Assembly: GCA_000934665.2 (NCBI GenBank)
Contig: JYFJ02003161.1
Location: 1-45,576 of the forward strand
Reading direction: 5' to 3'
DNA from: Catajapyx aquilonaris
Taxonomy: Eukaryota
DNA length: 45,576 nucleotides
Position numbers and translations under genes: made by a program. Of the stretch, positions 1 to 10,307 are shown piece after piece (the first letter of the stretch is position 1; each line of letters opens with the position of its first letter). Below the pieces are notes generated by a model. That model was not told the origin of the DNA. It saw only the letters and a program-made list of their open reading frames with translations, and ran no database searches.

Positions 1-86
1 CGCGCCAGAGGGAAACTAATCTCAACACTTCCCTGGTCCATCAGAGGTGCAGTCACGGCAAAGGACTTGTCACATGCTCTCAGTTA

Positions 87-1970
87 TTAGCTCTTGCTAT
101 TACTAATTCGCGTCTTGTTGGTCATGTAATGCGGCATAAGTACAGCTGTTGTGAGCGGCAACTTTTCAAAAAGGATCCGTCCTAATTGCGCAGGAACATC
201 AGGTTGTAGATACGGATTAGGCTCTTCAGTGAGGTCGTGATGATTGACTTCTGTCTTGGCCTGGGCAATGAGGGCTTGAGTAAGGGATGCGCAAGGGTTT
301 GATGCAGATACCTCTTCTGAATCGGTATCATTTTCAAGATGCTCTTCATTAGCATCCATGTCCACGCAGAATGCATCGTTTGCAATAATAGACTTCAGTT
401 TCTGCAATGGTACGGCGCAAGTAGTTGTCGTCTCAGACAGTGCAACGACACATAACATGTGGAACAGTGACTTTGCATCTTTGATGTTTGTGCACTCTAT
501 TAGCCGGCAAGACACATACAGGTAAAACTTCTTCACTAGCTTGCCACATGAGTTAAGAGATGGTAGTCCTGAGAGTAGCTTAAGAATGTGGGCGCAGTCT
601 ATCCTGAGCCATACAGCTGGTACATCTGCATGTCCGGAGCCAGTGAGTAGAGAGTGCACCGTTTGCATATAGATTCCATATGACATTCCGGAGAAGGCTA
701 AGCAGGTAGCCTGAATAATGGCTGTGCTATTATCCATAACCACCATCGTGGGAAGTACTTTCACCTCAGAAATCCATCTAGCCAGCCAAAAGGCGATAGC
801 CCATGTGTCATGCCTCGCACTTAGCATTTGGCACACTGGTATGGCAGCAGCAGTTACAACGTAATAGAAAACCGCAGACTTGGTCCCGTCAGTATTGGTA
901 GCTGATGATACCAGGGGCCCCGTAGCATCGATGTGGAGTGCCAAATCTGGGATTCTGGAAGCCATATTTCGGTACACGTCAACTTGCAGGCTCGACCAGA
1001 AATGAGCAAAGAATTTGTCCCTCCCATGGTCTCGGACAAAATCTGGGATGCGCATCTTCAGTTTTATAACGCCTTCATAGTAATCCGGGCTCAATCGATT
1101 GCGTTGCCTGCTTTCTTGTAGCGCCATCCGGATCACAGCCGCTCTTGGGATGGTCGGTGGTTCCCAGTCGCCATATTCCATGCAATCTGAGGCCATATGT
1201 TGCCTCAAGACTGTGGCGCTTGTCCTGCCTGTATCCAGACGCTTCATGGATTCTCTGCGTATGCCACTGAGAGGCCGCTTTCGTGAATGGACACCATGCC
1301 ATGTGTCGTCTGGTGCTTCTGAGAGCATCAGCTTGACGATCACTTCTTCGTTGTCACTTTTTGGTTCTTTTTCAATGATTCCAATTAGGTGGCGGTGGCA
1401 CTCGGGACACTTTGCAGTAAACTTGCAAAAGTGTGTCCCGTTAGTCGTGAGGGACACTCTGTTACTTTTGAACGTCCATGCGCAGGGCCACTTCTTTTGC
1501 GCAGCAATTACGTCAGCCATGACATGAGGCCACACTCGTGACTTCAGAGTGCCTCTTGGCCTTTGCCAGTGGTGGGCGTCTTCTGGGGATATACTTTTCC
1601 ATTCTTCCTGAGTCAGCGTCACCTCAGTGGAATAAGTGCTTTCCATCCACTCGTCATCTTCACCGTCGCTATCGGCAGCAGTCCCACTGGCCATACAAGG
1701 TAATCCTAATTTTCTTTTCAGTTCACCTGCTACGTTTCTTCTGTTTGACGCGACTTGGACATAGATCCACTTGCTGTTGACGGTGGCATTCTGAGCTACA
1801 AGGATGCTATGAGATACCTCCTTCCAGCAATCACTGCCTAATGATGGCAAAACCCAGGTTCCATTGACCACAAAGTCATTGATCTTCTTCTGCAAATGTC
1901 CCACCAGGTTATCGACCTGATCTTGAGAGTTTGACCCTAACGTATTCCAGACTGATGGTTTCGGCGGCAT
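87..1970 (-). mobile_element. NOF-FB-like (Mutator/Foldback-related) DDE transposase ORF, 627 aa, apparently C-terminally truncated
   Basis: Uninterrupted 627-aa ORF. Motifs LHIDATG (first catalytic Asp), PVCQMLSARH, VVMDNSTA (second Asp), LRIDCAH (C/DxxH-type motif) and a Cys-rich N-terminal region (PCAWTFK...CPEC) resemble the arthropod 'NOF-FB 120.7 kDa' transposase family as I recall it. Ends at ISNSKS followed by TAA TAA. Possible 5'UTR intron at 2003-2091 (CAG|GTAAGC ... AACTAG|). Confidence 0.75.
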
Positions 1971-2275
1971 CTTGAGGGATTCAGTCCTCGGGCACCGGCT
2001 CTCTAGTTCATGAGATTACAAGCAATGCTTTAGTGGCCCCGACACAAAACACCAACCCTGCCCACATGGTACAGTGTAGTCTTGAGCTTACCTGTGTACC
2101 CAACAGTATTCGTCTCGCTACTGGGACACGATTCACTAGACCTCTTGACGACAGCACTTAACAAAAGGCAAACCACCGCAAGCAAACAAAGGAATGCATG
2201 AGCCGGCGGCCATGTTGGGCCAGCTTGTAGAGCATGGCTGTAGAAGACTCAGGTTAGGTCACTCCCCACCCACCC

Positions 2276-2637
2276 CCTGCCGAGGGATTACGCACCGGGT
2301 GCTCCCTTGACACCGCCACAAGACATTTCCCAGAGCATTTATGTGGCGACCCTACCGGACTAAGGCTGAACTTTATAGGTACGTACGTACCTATAAAGTT
2401 CAGCCTTAGTCCGGTAGGGGGTAGGTGGCGGTGTCAAGGGAGCACCCGGTGCGTAATCCCTCGGCAGGTGATAAGCCCAGAAGATAGGGGTAGTGTCCGT
2501 GGGCTGATGTAGAGCTTCCCTTTCGTACCTATAAAGTTCTGCCTAGTCCGGTAGGGTCGCCACTTATCGTGGCCGCCGAAATGTCTCATGGCTCTCTCAG
2601 GTGAGCAGCCGCTGCAAAATGCCTCGGCAGGTGATAA
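2276..2637. repeat. Nested inverted repeats (foldback-like) upstream of the transposase
   Basis: Perfect 44-bp IR (2276-2319 vs 2425-2468) encloses a perfect 70-bp palindrome (2350-2419, centre GGTACGT|ACGTACC). A diverged inverted copy of about 2276-2384 lies at about 2524-2637. Confidence 0.9.
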
Positions 2638-3363
2638 CATGAGAAGGTAGTATGACGCATGAGTGTCCGGGGGCTGGTCACTACGTACAGGAAATGGAGC
2701 TTAAAACACACGTGGCTTCGCGTGGCTTCCTTCGCGGCTTATCGAGAGAATTAACCAAGAATGGGGTTGTTAATCATAATATATAGTTGACGAAAATCAT
2801 GGCTGTTTACCTGATGGAGTATACACGACAAAAAACCAACGAGGTATAAAAGGGTAGAGGCCGTAAAGGTCCGCCATTTTTGATGGTTTTGGCGGCCATG
2901 ACACTTCACGGCAAGAACATGCGCGAATTTGAATTTCTTTGCCGTATGAGCTTCTTTAATGCACTTATCTCCATATTAATTCCGTAAGTAATGGCGAAAG
3001 TCAGATGTATGAACAGGTTCGGTGAAAATCAACAGCTTTTACTGCAAATTAATTGAAAACTACAGGTACCGGTACATTTAAAAAATCTCAGTGCCGTATT
3101 AACGATTGCTGGTGTTTTCTTCAGAGTGGTTAGTCAAGATTATTTTGCAACTGGCCTGTCATAAGCATTATGGATATGGTGTGTGAATTTGGAAGGGTAG
3201 ACAGGCAGTTAGTGCCAACATAGGTTGCTGAACGAAATGTCCACTGCAGGTCCCTTCCGGTACTTTCTGTTCGCAACCTAATTCGGCAACCTGCTGACAA
3301 TTTTTCTGACCCTTGACCTCTCTAGCTAGGCTACGTCGCGTCGTCCCCTCTGAGGCTCTCAAG

Positions 3364-3743
3364 CAGTGGTTCTCAACCTTTTTTGGGGCCTCCTCACTCC
3401 TTTGAAGCCAGTTGGTCCTTTTGCACCCCCTACCAGGCGTGATCAATGATTTATTTTTTTTCCCCTCTCCTTTCTTTCAACACTTATTCATACCAGTTAC
3501 ATGTCGATGAGATTCCTAATTCAAAGCTCCAAATCATTCTGTATCAGCAGCCAAAATTTTCTTTTGTGCAAACCAGTAATTAATTAAGGGCCGTGCCATG
3601 TCCAACATTGCCCGATATGGACAGTGTCAATGTTTTGGACCAAAACATTGCTTTAAGTTCACAATAACACTGAGTCCAGGGATGTATTTTGCTCTATACG
3701 CATCCCCAAGGGGGCTGCGGGCACCCCGGAGTAAGAACCCCTG
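3364..3743. mobile_element. hAT (Charlie-like) non-autonomous element / MITE
   Basis: Left end CAGTGGTTCTCAACC and right end GGAGTAAGAACCCCTG resemble hAT-Charlie TIRs. The 8-bp flanks CTCTCAAG / CTCTATCG match at 5 of 8 positions (degenerate TSD). Confidence 0.55.
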
Positions 3744-3745
3744 CT

Positions 3746-4085
3746 CTATCGAACGGCACCGTCAGTTGCCCTGGTACATTGAAGTGGTCCGCCGGCGTAA
3801 AGTTGGCGGACCAGTTTTCGAAGTCGATTTTCTCGGGAACGGTGAGGGTACAATGGATAATATTCGAGGTACATTGGGTACATTGGAAGCCCTATCGAAC
3901 GGCACCGTCAGTTGCCCTGGTACATTGAAGTGGTCCGCCGGCGTAAAGTTGGCGGACCAGTTTTCGAAGTCGATTTTCTCGGGAACGGTGAGGGTACAAT
4001 GGATAATATTCGAGGTACATTGGGTACATTGGAAGCCCTATCGAACGGCACTGTCAGTTGCCCTGGTACATTGAAGTGGTCCGCC
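3746..4085. repeat. 146-bp tandem repeat, about 2.3 near-identical copies
   Basis: The unit starting CTATCGAACGGCAC recurs at 3746, 3892 and 4038 (period 146). Each full unit has an internal hairpin TGGTCCGCC...GGCGGACCA. Confidence 0.95.
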
Positions 4086-4654
4086 AACTTGACATCAGTG
4101 AAGAAATTTATATTAGAAATTAGAACACGTGACCAGGATTGGCAAGTACCAGACTTAATGTTCTGTATTTGCTGGCTGCTTTAACCTTTTCCTTTTCGTT
4201 CCGGAATTTCTTTTCACTTGAATTGCTCAAAAGTGTAATTTTGGACGCTCTGACTAATCCCATGACCGCCCTTCGACCCCACCCACTCTTTGCCCCCAAA
4301 CCTCGGATTAGCTGACTGAATAATCGCCCTTGACTGTACAAGTATGAAAAAGGATATAAAAATTATCCTTGTGAATTTTACGCTGGAGAATTATTTTGCA
4401 ATTCCAGTAAATGATAATCGAAAATAGGAATGAATTTCTCTCTTATTCAATACCAAAGTCGAATATTTCAAAGGTCCTATGGGTCGTCATTTTTCGGTTT
4501 TTGTAACGCACCGAGGTTAGGGAGGTCAAAGGGTGGCCCGGAGGCTATGAAAGAATTTGGAAAGAGATAGGTCGAGCAGATAACTCAGGGGCCCCACTTT
4601 GGAAAGGGAAAGAAAACACTACTATTTAGGCTCCCCGGAACGAAAGTCACGGAG

Positions 4655-4854
4655 ACCATACAAGTCATAAGTTATGAATAAAATTTTAGAGTATATATAT
4701 TATTAAAATTATTTACACGCCTTAGGTGTAGAAGGCGCATTGCTTGATGTAACCCACCACATAACGCAGCAGCTTATTATTTTCTGGCGCATTAAAATAA
4801 TTTTAATAATATATATACTTTAAAATTTTATTCATAATTTATGACTTGTATGGT
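4655..4854. repeat. AT-rich ~200-bp hairpin element (MITE-like) with ~65-bp arms
   Basis: ACCATACAAGTCATAAGTTATGAATAAAATTTTAGAGTATATATATTATTAAAATTATTT (from 4655) is nearly the reverse complement of about 4795-4854. Confidence 0.8.
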
Positions 4855-5508
4855 GCAATTATGAGCACTAAATGAAGTCGTTTACCCTTCTCCATTTGCC
4901 CAGCAGGAAGCCAATGAGAGGGCTGGATTTGCGCCCTGTTGCACTCTTGAGCTTTTGTAAATACGCATCCCGGCCATCTATTCCCTGGGCCGTACAATGG
5001 GAAATCTTTTAGACGGACTGGCAAAAAAAAAGTTCCCTATGGGAGATATCTTATTTAAAATTTATGCATATTGTTCCTTGAGATCTTCTGCAAGTGACAT
5101 TTTCCCCCCGATCAGCCAAGTTGGTAATATTTACCTGAAAGACGTGATTTTGTTGTCGATGAATTGAAGCAATTTAAACCCGTAAGAAATATGGTCCGCA
5201 GAAAACCTTTGTGCATATGAATCAATTTTCTCATTGAAAGGGTCAGTGGATTCCGTACACAATATCCTAGTTGACATTTGAAAATTGTTTGATTATTAGC
5301 ATTATTTAAAAAGATACAGCGCTTTTAGTGCAGTCGCCAATGCTGCTTATGGAGAACTGCTGGCGGAGGGTGGGGGGCTGGAGACCTGGGTACGCGAATT
5401 ATACGCCGTCACACTCCCCCTGACGTCACACAAGTTGGATGCCACACTATTGCAATGGATACCTTGAAGACGTTATTGACAGACTAATGATTCCATTATT
5501 TTTTGTAG

Positions 5509-6109
5509 GAGTGTTGCAGAATTGACTTCCCGACCAGGTTGGCGATGGGGTTCTCTGACCCTCCATGCCATTTATGCCAGGGTCCTATTGGATGAGGCTG
5601 TTGTGGAGAGCATACAGAAACTGGGAGCCTTAATCGAAGGAAGAGAGACCATGGAGGAATGCCTTCTATCCGCTATTAATGAAGATTACGCATGCCTAAG
5701 CGAAACTTGGATGATCCTCCAAGGGGCCTACGAGTTTCTGGATCTGGCAGGAGACTTTCCATTCACTCGAGTAGACGATCCTGCAGTAAAATTGTCTGCC
5801 GTCGTGGTGTTTCCGAAGCATGCCGTTCTTATCCCACGTTTCGATACCTTGCTTCTTCGAATGGAGGCAGTTGGATTGACTGCTTTGTACGTGGAGTATT
5901 CATATTACATCCCTTACACAGAGAAAGTCCTTGAAGCTCGAGACAGAGGTCACTTGTGGGTAATATCTTCCTTGGCCTTGAACATTAAACAGACGAAAGG
6001 TTTATTTTACGGATTAATTTTGGCTTGCGGTATGCTTGCCTTACCCGCATTCATTATCGAGAAGATTGTTGTCGCCTGTAGAGAGAGACGCAAAAATAGG
6101 TGCTGTTGA
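5509..6109 (+). CDS. Divergent ionotropic receptor (IR), terminal exon only (S2 lobe and last TM helix); upstream exons not in window
   Basis: Acceptor TTTTGTAG|G at 5508/5509 has the same phase as exon 3 of the downstream paralogs. Translation SVAELTSRPGWRWGS...VVFPKHAVLIPRFDTLLLRMEAVGL...LALNIKQTKGLFYG aligns to paralog exon 3. Stop TGA at 6107-6109. Confidence 0.8.
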
Positions 6110-7375
6110 CAGCCTTATACTAATTAAATATACGTAATTACATAGTACCTATTCGAGCGGTCTATAAGCTGCATTATAAACATGCGGTCCCAGATACTGT
6201 CTGATGATTGTGCTGTCTTTACAGTATTTACGATAAATGTCATCTAAATGTAACACACTACTTCCTGCATAGCTCATGTAATTTTACAAAATACTCGGCA
6301 TCTATATTCCGGGCTATTCGAGCATCACTTAACACCTCTTAACTTCTTAAGCTTTGCCAATATGTCAAATATCGAGAGATTTTCAACATGTCCGGAACTT
6401 AAATTATCTGAGAAGTATATTTATTTTTATTTATTTTATTTTATTTATGAATGTAATACCGTAGAATGGGGCGACTTCGGACGCATGGCATAGCGTTATA
6501 TCGGACGCTGACACTTTTTTTTTGTTTGGATCAATGTGGCCACTTATTATGAGTCTAAAATAGCTCCTTGTCAAGAAATTATTAAACACCTATAAGGATA
6601 TTATTTTACGCTGGAACACCCTGCATTCTGCTTTACACCTAGAACAGTTCCGCAACATTACATAATTATTATATCAGTGTAAGAAACATGCGATAATGAA
6701 ATATCCACAAGCACTATGAGTGGTTTGATTTATGTGCTTTAATATCAACAGGTCTTGCACTCTCATGTGAAAAGAGTTGCGAAAGGTTTTCTAAATGTCT
6801 GAGTGGTTCCTATGTCCTGAGTTATAATATCCCTTTCATGCCTTTTTCCTGCCATTAGTTTTTTATTACCTCTCATCAGTAATACCTACTTTGCTGCTTT
6901 GATGCAAAGGGTAACCTACAAACTACGAAGTTGTTCACAAATCCCCTTCTGCCATTTTTCGGGTATACAAACTTTGACATGCACCGAAATGTTACGAACT
7001 ATATAAAAATTTCCAAATGCCATGTTTTAATATCCTGCACGCGCCTTGTGAATATGACTGTCATTTTCTTAATATGCCCGATATTTGAATACAAATGAAT
7101 TTTAAATTCATTTTTATCTGGATATTTGTTTGTCAACTTCGACATTTCCATTCTGGAAGTTTTAATGGAAACATTTATTTCCTGAGAGAAGCTTCGTATA
7201 AGAGGTCATTGGAAATCGCAATGGGATAAGATGAATATTGCATTGCATACATTATGCAAAGGCGATCAGATATTGGAATTAAATTAATCAGTCGCATAGT
7301 TAAAAGAACCTTATTTCACAACATAGCAAGTTGCGTCCAATATCCACCCAGCCTCCAAAGACCCTGTGTGTCAGT

Positions 7376-9693
7376 ATGTCGCGTTTGTTCATTATATTCC
7401 TACTGTCGCAAGGGACACTCCAGACGCCTGTGCTGGAGGAAGCAGACAACTCATCTTCACTTCCCGAAGCACTTCTTTTACACGATGTCGAATCCCAGTT
7501 GGATGAAGCCTGCATGATTGTCCTTGCACACGATTTCGATTACATTCATCAAAACATGAGTTCTTTGGTCGAACTATTTGCCAGAAAAGAACGCAAAATT
7601 ATGTTAATTCGACAAATCAGTTCTGAAGGCGATTCTACCGAATTGTTGACTACAGATGACCTGAATGTCAACCACACCTCACCAGTGACGTACTGGTTCG
7701 ACTGGCTGCATCTTCCCAGTGCCACCCATCACTCCAACTGCGCCTTGTTCGTCTTCTTCCTCCGTCACCAGAACTTGGAGTCACTGATCCAGACCACTGC
7801 AGCCAGTGTCTTCCTCAACACCCGTCTGCACCACTTCGTCTTCTTCTCCAGGGATGGAGGGGTGGAGGAGATACTTCTGCACCCACACTCGAGGATACTG
7901 AGGTAGACTAAGTGTCTTTTCAGGACATTTGAAGTAGAGTAATTCATTTAACACAACCATATCAAAGCTCATGCCATGAACGTTGTCTTTTGTACTGATT
8001 ATCAACATTAGTGTATCCCTTTTTGGCAGGAATAAAATCGTGATTGACCTAGACACCAACATGCGCTGGTACAACTGCTTCTACTGCAACAACGGAAGTT
8101 CAGAGATATACGCGGACGATTCAGACACATCCGACATGTCATTACTTTTCCCGGATTTCACACTCAACCTGAACGGAACTTTCATCAAAGGCGTTTGCCC
8201 TGTCGAATTGTCATCAGACAAATATCAAATCCTTGAATATTTTCTTAATCGCATACCTCTCAATCCCATCGAACTCATGTATCTCGACCTGAGTTCTTAT
8301 ATGAACTTTGGTTACCAAATCGAGATGATGGAGAACGCAGTGGCCGTTGACCCAAAGATGGACGACGGAACCTGGCTCGGAATGGTCGGATCAGTTCTCT
8401 ATAGGGAAGCCGACATCGGCGTTCTAACCGTCGCGTTCATCCCGCCTCTGGAGGTCACAGAGTATGGATATCCATTCTTTTCTGCCATGGGAGGCCACAT
8501 GGTGCGGAAGCCACGAGTGATTGACCCCTGGAACGGGATCTTTCGACCTTACACCAAGGAAATGTGGCTGTCCATCATACTGGCCTGCATCGTCGGGAGT
8601 GTCCTGTTTTGGATGATTCTGGTTCTGGGCACAAAGTACGTTCGTGTCCAGTTTATGAAGCAACCTCCGGCGCTCTACCCATACTCCCTGACCTATATCC
8701 TCCTGACCCTGATCGAGGAGAACCCAAACCTTGTTCCTAGGTCACACTCTGCCAGGATGTTCCTCTCTCTCTGGTGGACATTCGCAATGGTCATCACCTG
8801 TGGATACAAGGCCAAGCTCATCGGGTTTCTCGTCAATCCAATTCACGAGACACTTCCCAGGTTAGGACATTTCTGTCAGCTGAGTTTCCTGCTTTATCAC
8901 TGCATTGTAATTAAAGAGCCAGTTGTAGATGAGAGAGGGAGAGAGAAAAAACACTTTTTCTTCCTGGAAAAATAACATTAAACAAATACTGCTGTCTTCA
9001 TTTGGGTTGCCTGAGAGAAGTCAGAAAATGTTCACATTAATTAATATTCTAATGATTCTGATTTTTAGGAGCATAGACGACCTGGCCAACTTCCCTGGAT
9101 GGAGATGGAGGAGCCTAAATCTACACGCCGTATTCGCCCAGATACTCCTAGGCGAGTCGGACATGAAGAGTCATCAACAATTTTCAGAGAGAATCGAAAT
9201 GAGAGAGACCTTCGAAGAATGCCTTCTGTCTGTCCTCCAGGAAGAGGACTATGACTGCTTTGGAGCCTCAGTCCAACTGGTAGAAGCAGCCTACAACTTC
9301 CTGGACATGGCTGGAAACTGGCCATTCACTCGGAGTGACGACTCTTCCACAAAATGCTTTGTCAACATCTTGTTTCCTAAGCATTCCATCCTCCTGCAGA
9401 GGTTTGACACCATGATTTTCCGTATGGAAGCAGCAGGACTACTTGCTTATTACAACGAGTACTCTTTTGATTCGGGCTATATTGAAAAGATTAATCAAGC
9501 CAGGGAAAGACACTTCCTTCTGCCATCTCCCTCCTTAGCCTTGACACTGAGTCAAACTGTTGGACTGTTTTATGGGACGATGCTTTGTTATGGATGTGCC
9601 ATTATAGTGATAGTCATTGAGAAGATTCATTTCTGGCGTAAGAGTAAGATCTCGGCACAATCACCGCGACTGTGTCTTTACTGTAGGGACTAG
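7376..9693 (+). CDS. Divergent ionotropic receptor (variant iGluR family chemoreceptor), 3 exons, 660 aa
   Basis: join(7376..7902,8030..8860,9069..9693); GT-AG introns, frame consistent (1983 nt). Signal peptide MSRLFIIFLLSQGTLQ; S1 motif WLGMVGSVLYREADIGV; pre-M1 IFRPYTKEMW; pore-lining helix RMFLSLWWTFAMVITCGYKAKLIGFL; last TM LTLSQTVGLFYG. Confidence 0.9.
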
Positions 9694-10307
9694 ACGCGAT
9701 CGAGACGTGCCCATGGTGACGTTTGACTCCACTCGATCTCTGTGACAAAATAAATTACTTGCAACACGTCAGACAGCTGCTGCATTCACTATGGAACAGT
9801 ATATCACTAATTAAATACCAATTGTAACTGATTACCAGCATATTGATAACCTGCACACTACTAAATAATTAACAAATCCACTTCTGCCATTTTCTAGTAA
9901 CTTATACGAAACATGCGCCGATAATGTCTCGACAACATTTTCCCAAATGCCACGTTTTAATATCCTGCATGCGCATTGCAAATATGGCTGTCATTTTCTC
10001 CATATTCTTCATTTTATATGCCAATTTTAATTTCATTTTTATCTAGATATTTGTCCTTCAAACTCACCAATTTTGATTATGTCAGTATTATTAGAAACAC
10101 ATACATATCCAGGGAGGAGTTTCGCATAATTGGACCGTGGATTTTGTGACTGAATAAAATTAATATTGCAATGCTTTCATTATGCAAGAGCGGCCAGAAA
10201 TATTATAAATTAAAATCATCCGTCGCATAAAGAAAGCATTATTATATCACAAAGCTAGTAAGTTGCATGCAGCTTATTCTCAATCAGAAAAAACCTTGTG
10301 TGCGAGC

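Noticed and set aside
3598..4184. Overlapping ORFs with repeated peptides, and a possible CRISPR-like array
   Set aside because: The ORFs are by-products of the 146-bp tandem repeat (unit not a multiple of 3). Units are identical with no unique spacers, there are no cas genes, and the context is eukaryotic.
6456..6490. Pogo-like terminus TACCGTAGAATGGGGCGAC next to a (TTTTA)n tract
   Set aside because: No matching opposite end was found, so an element could not be delimited.
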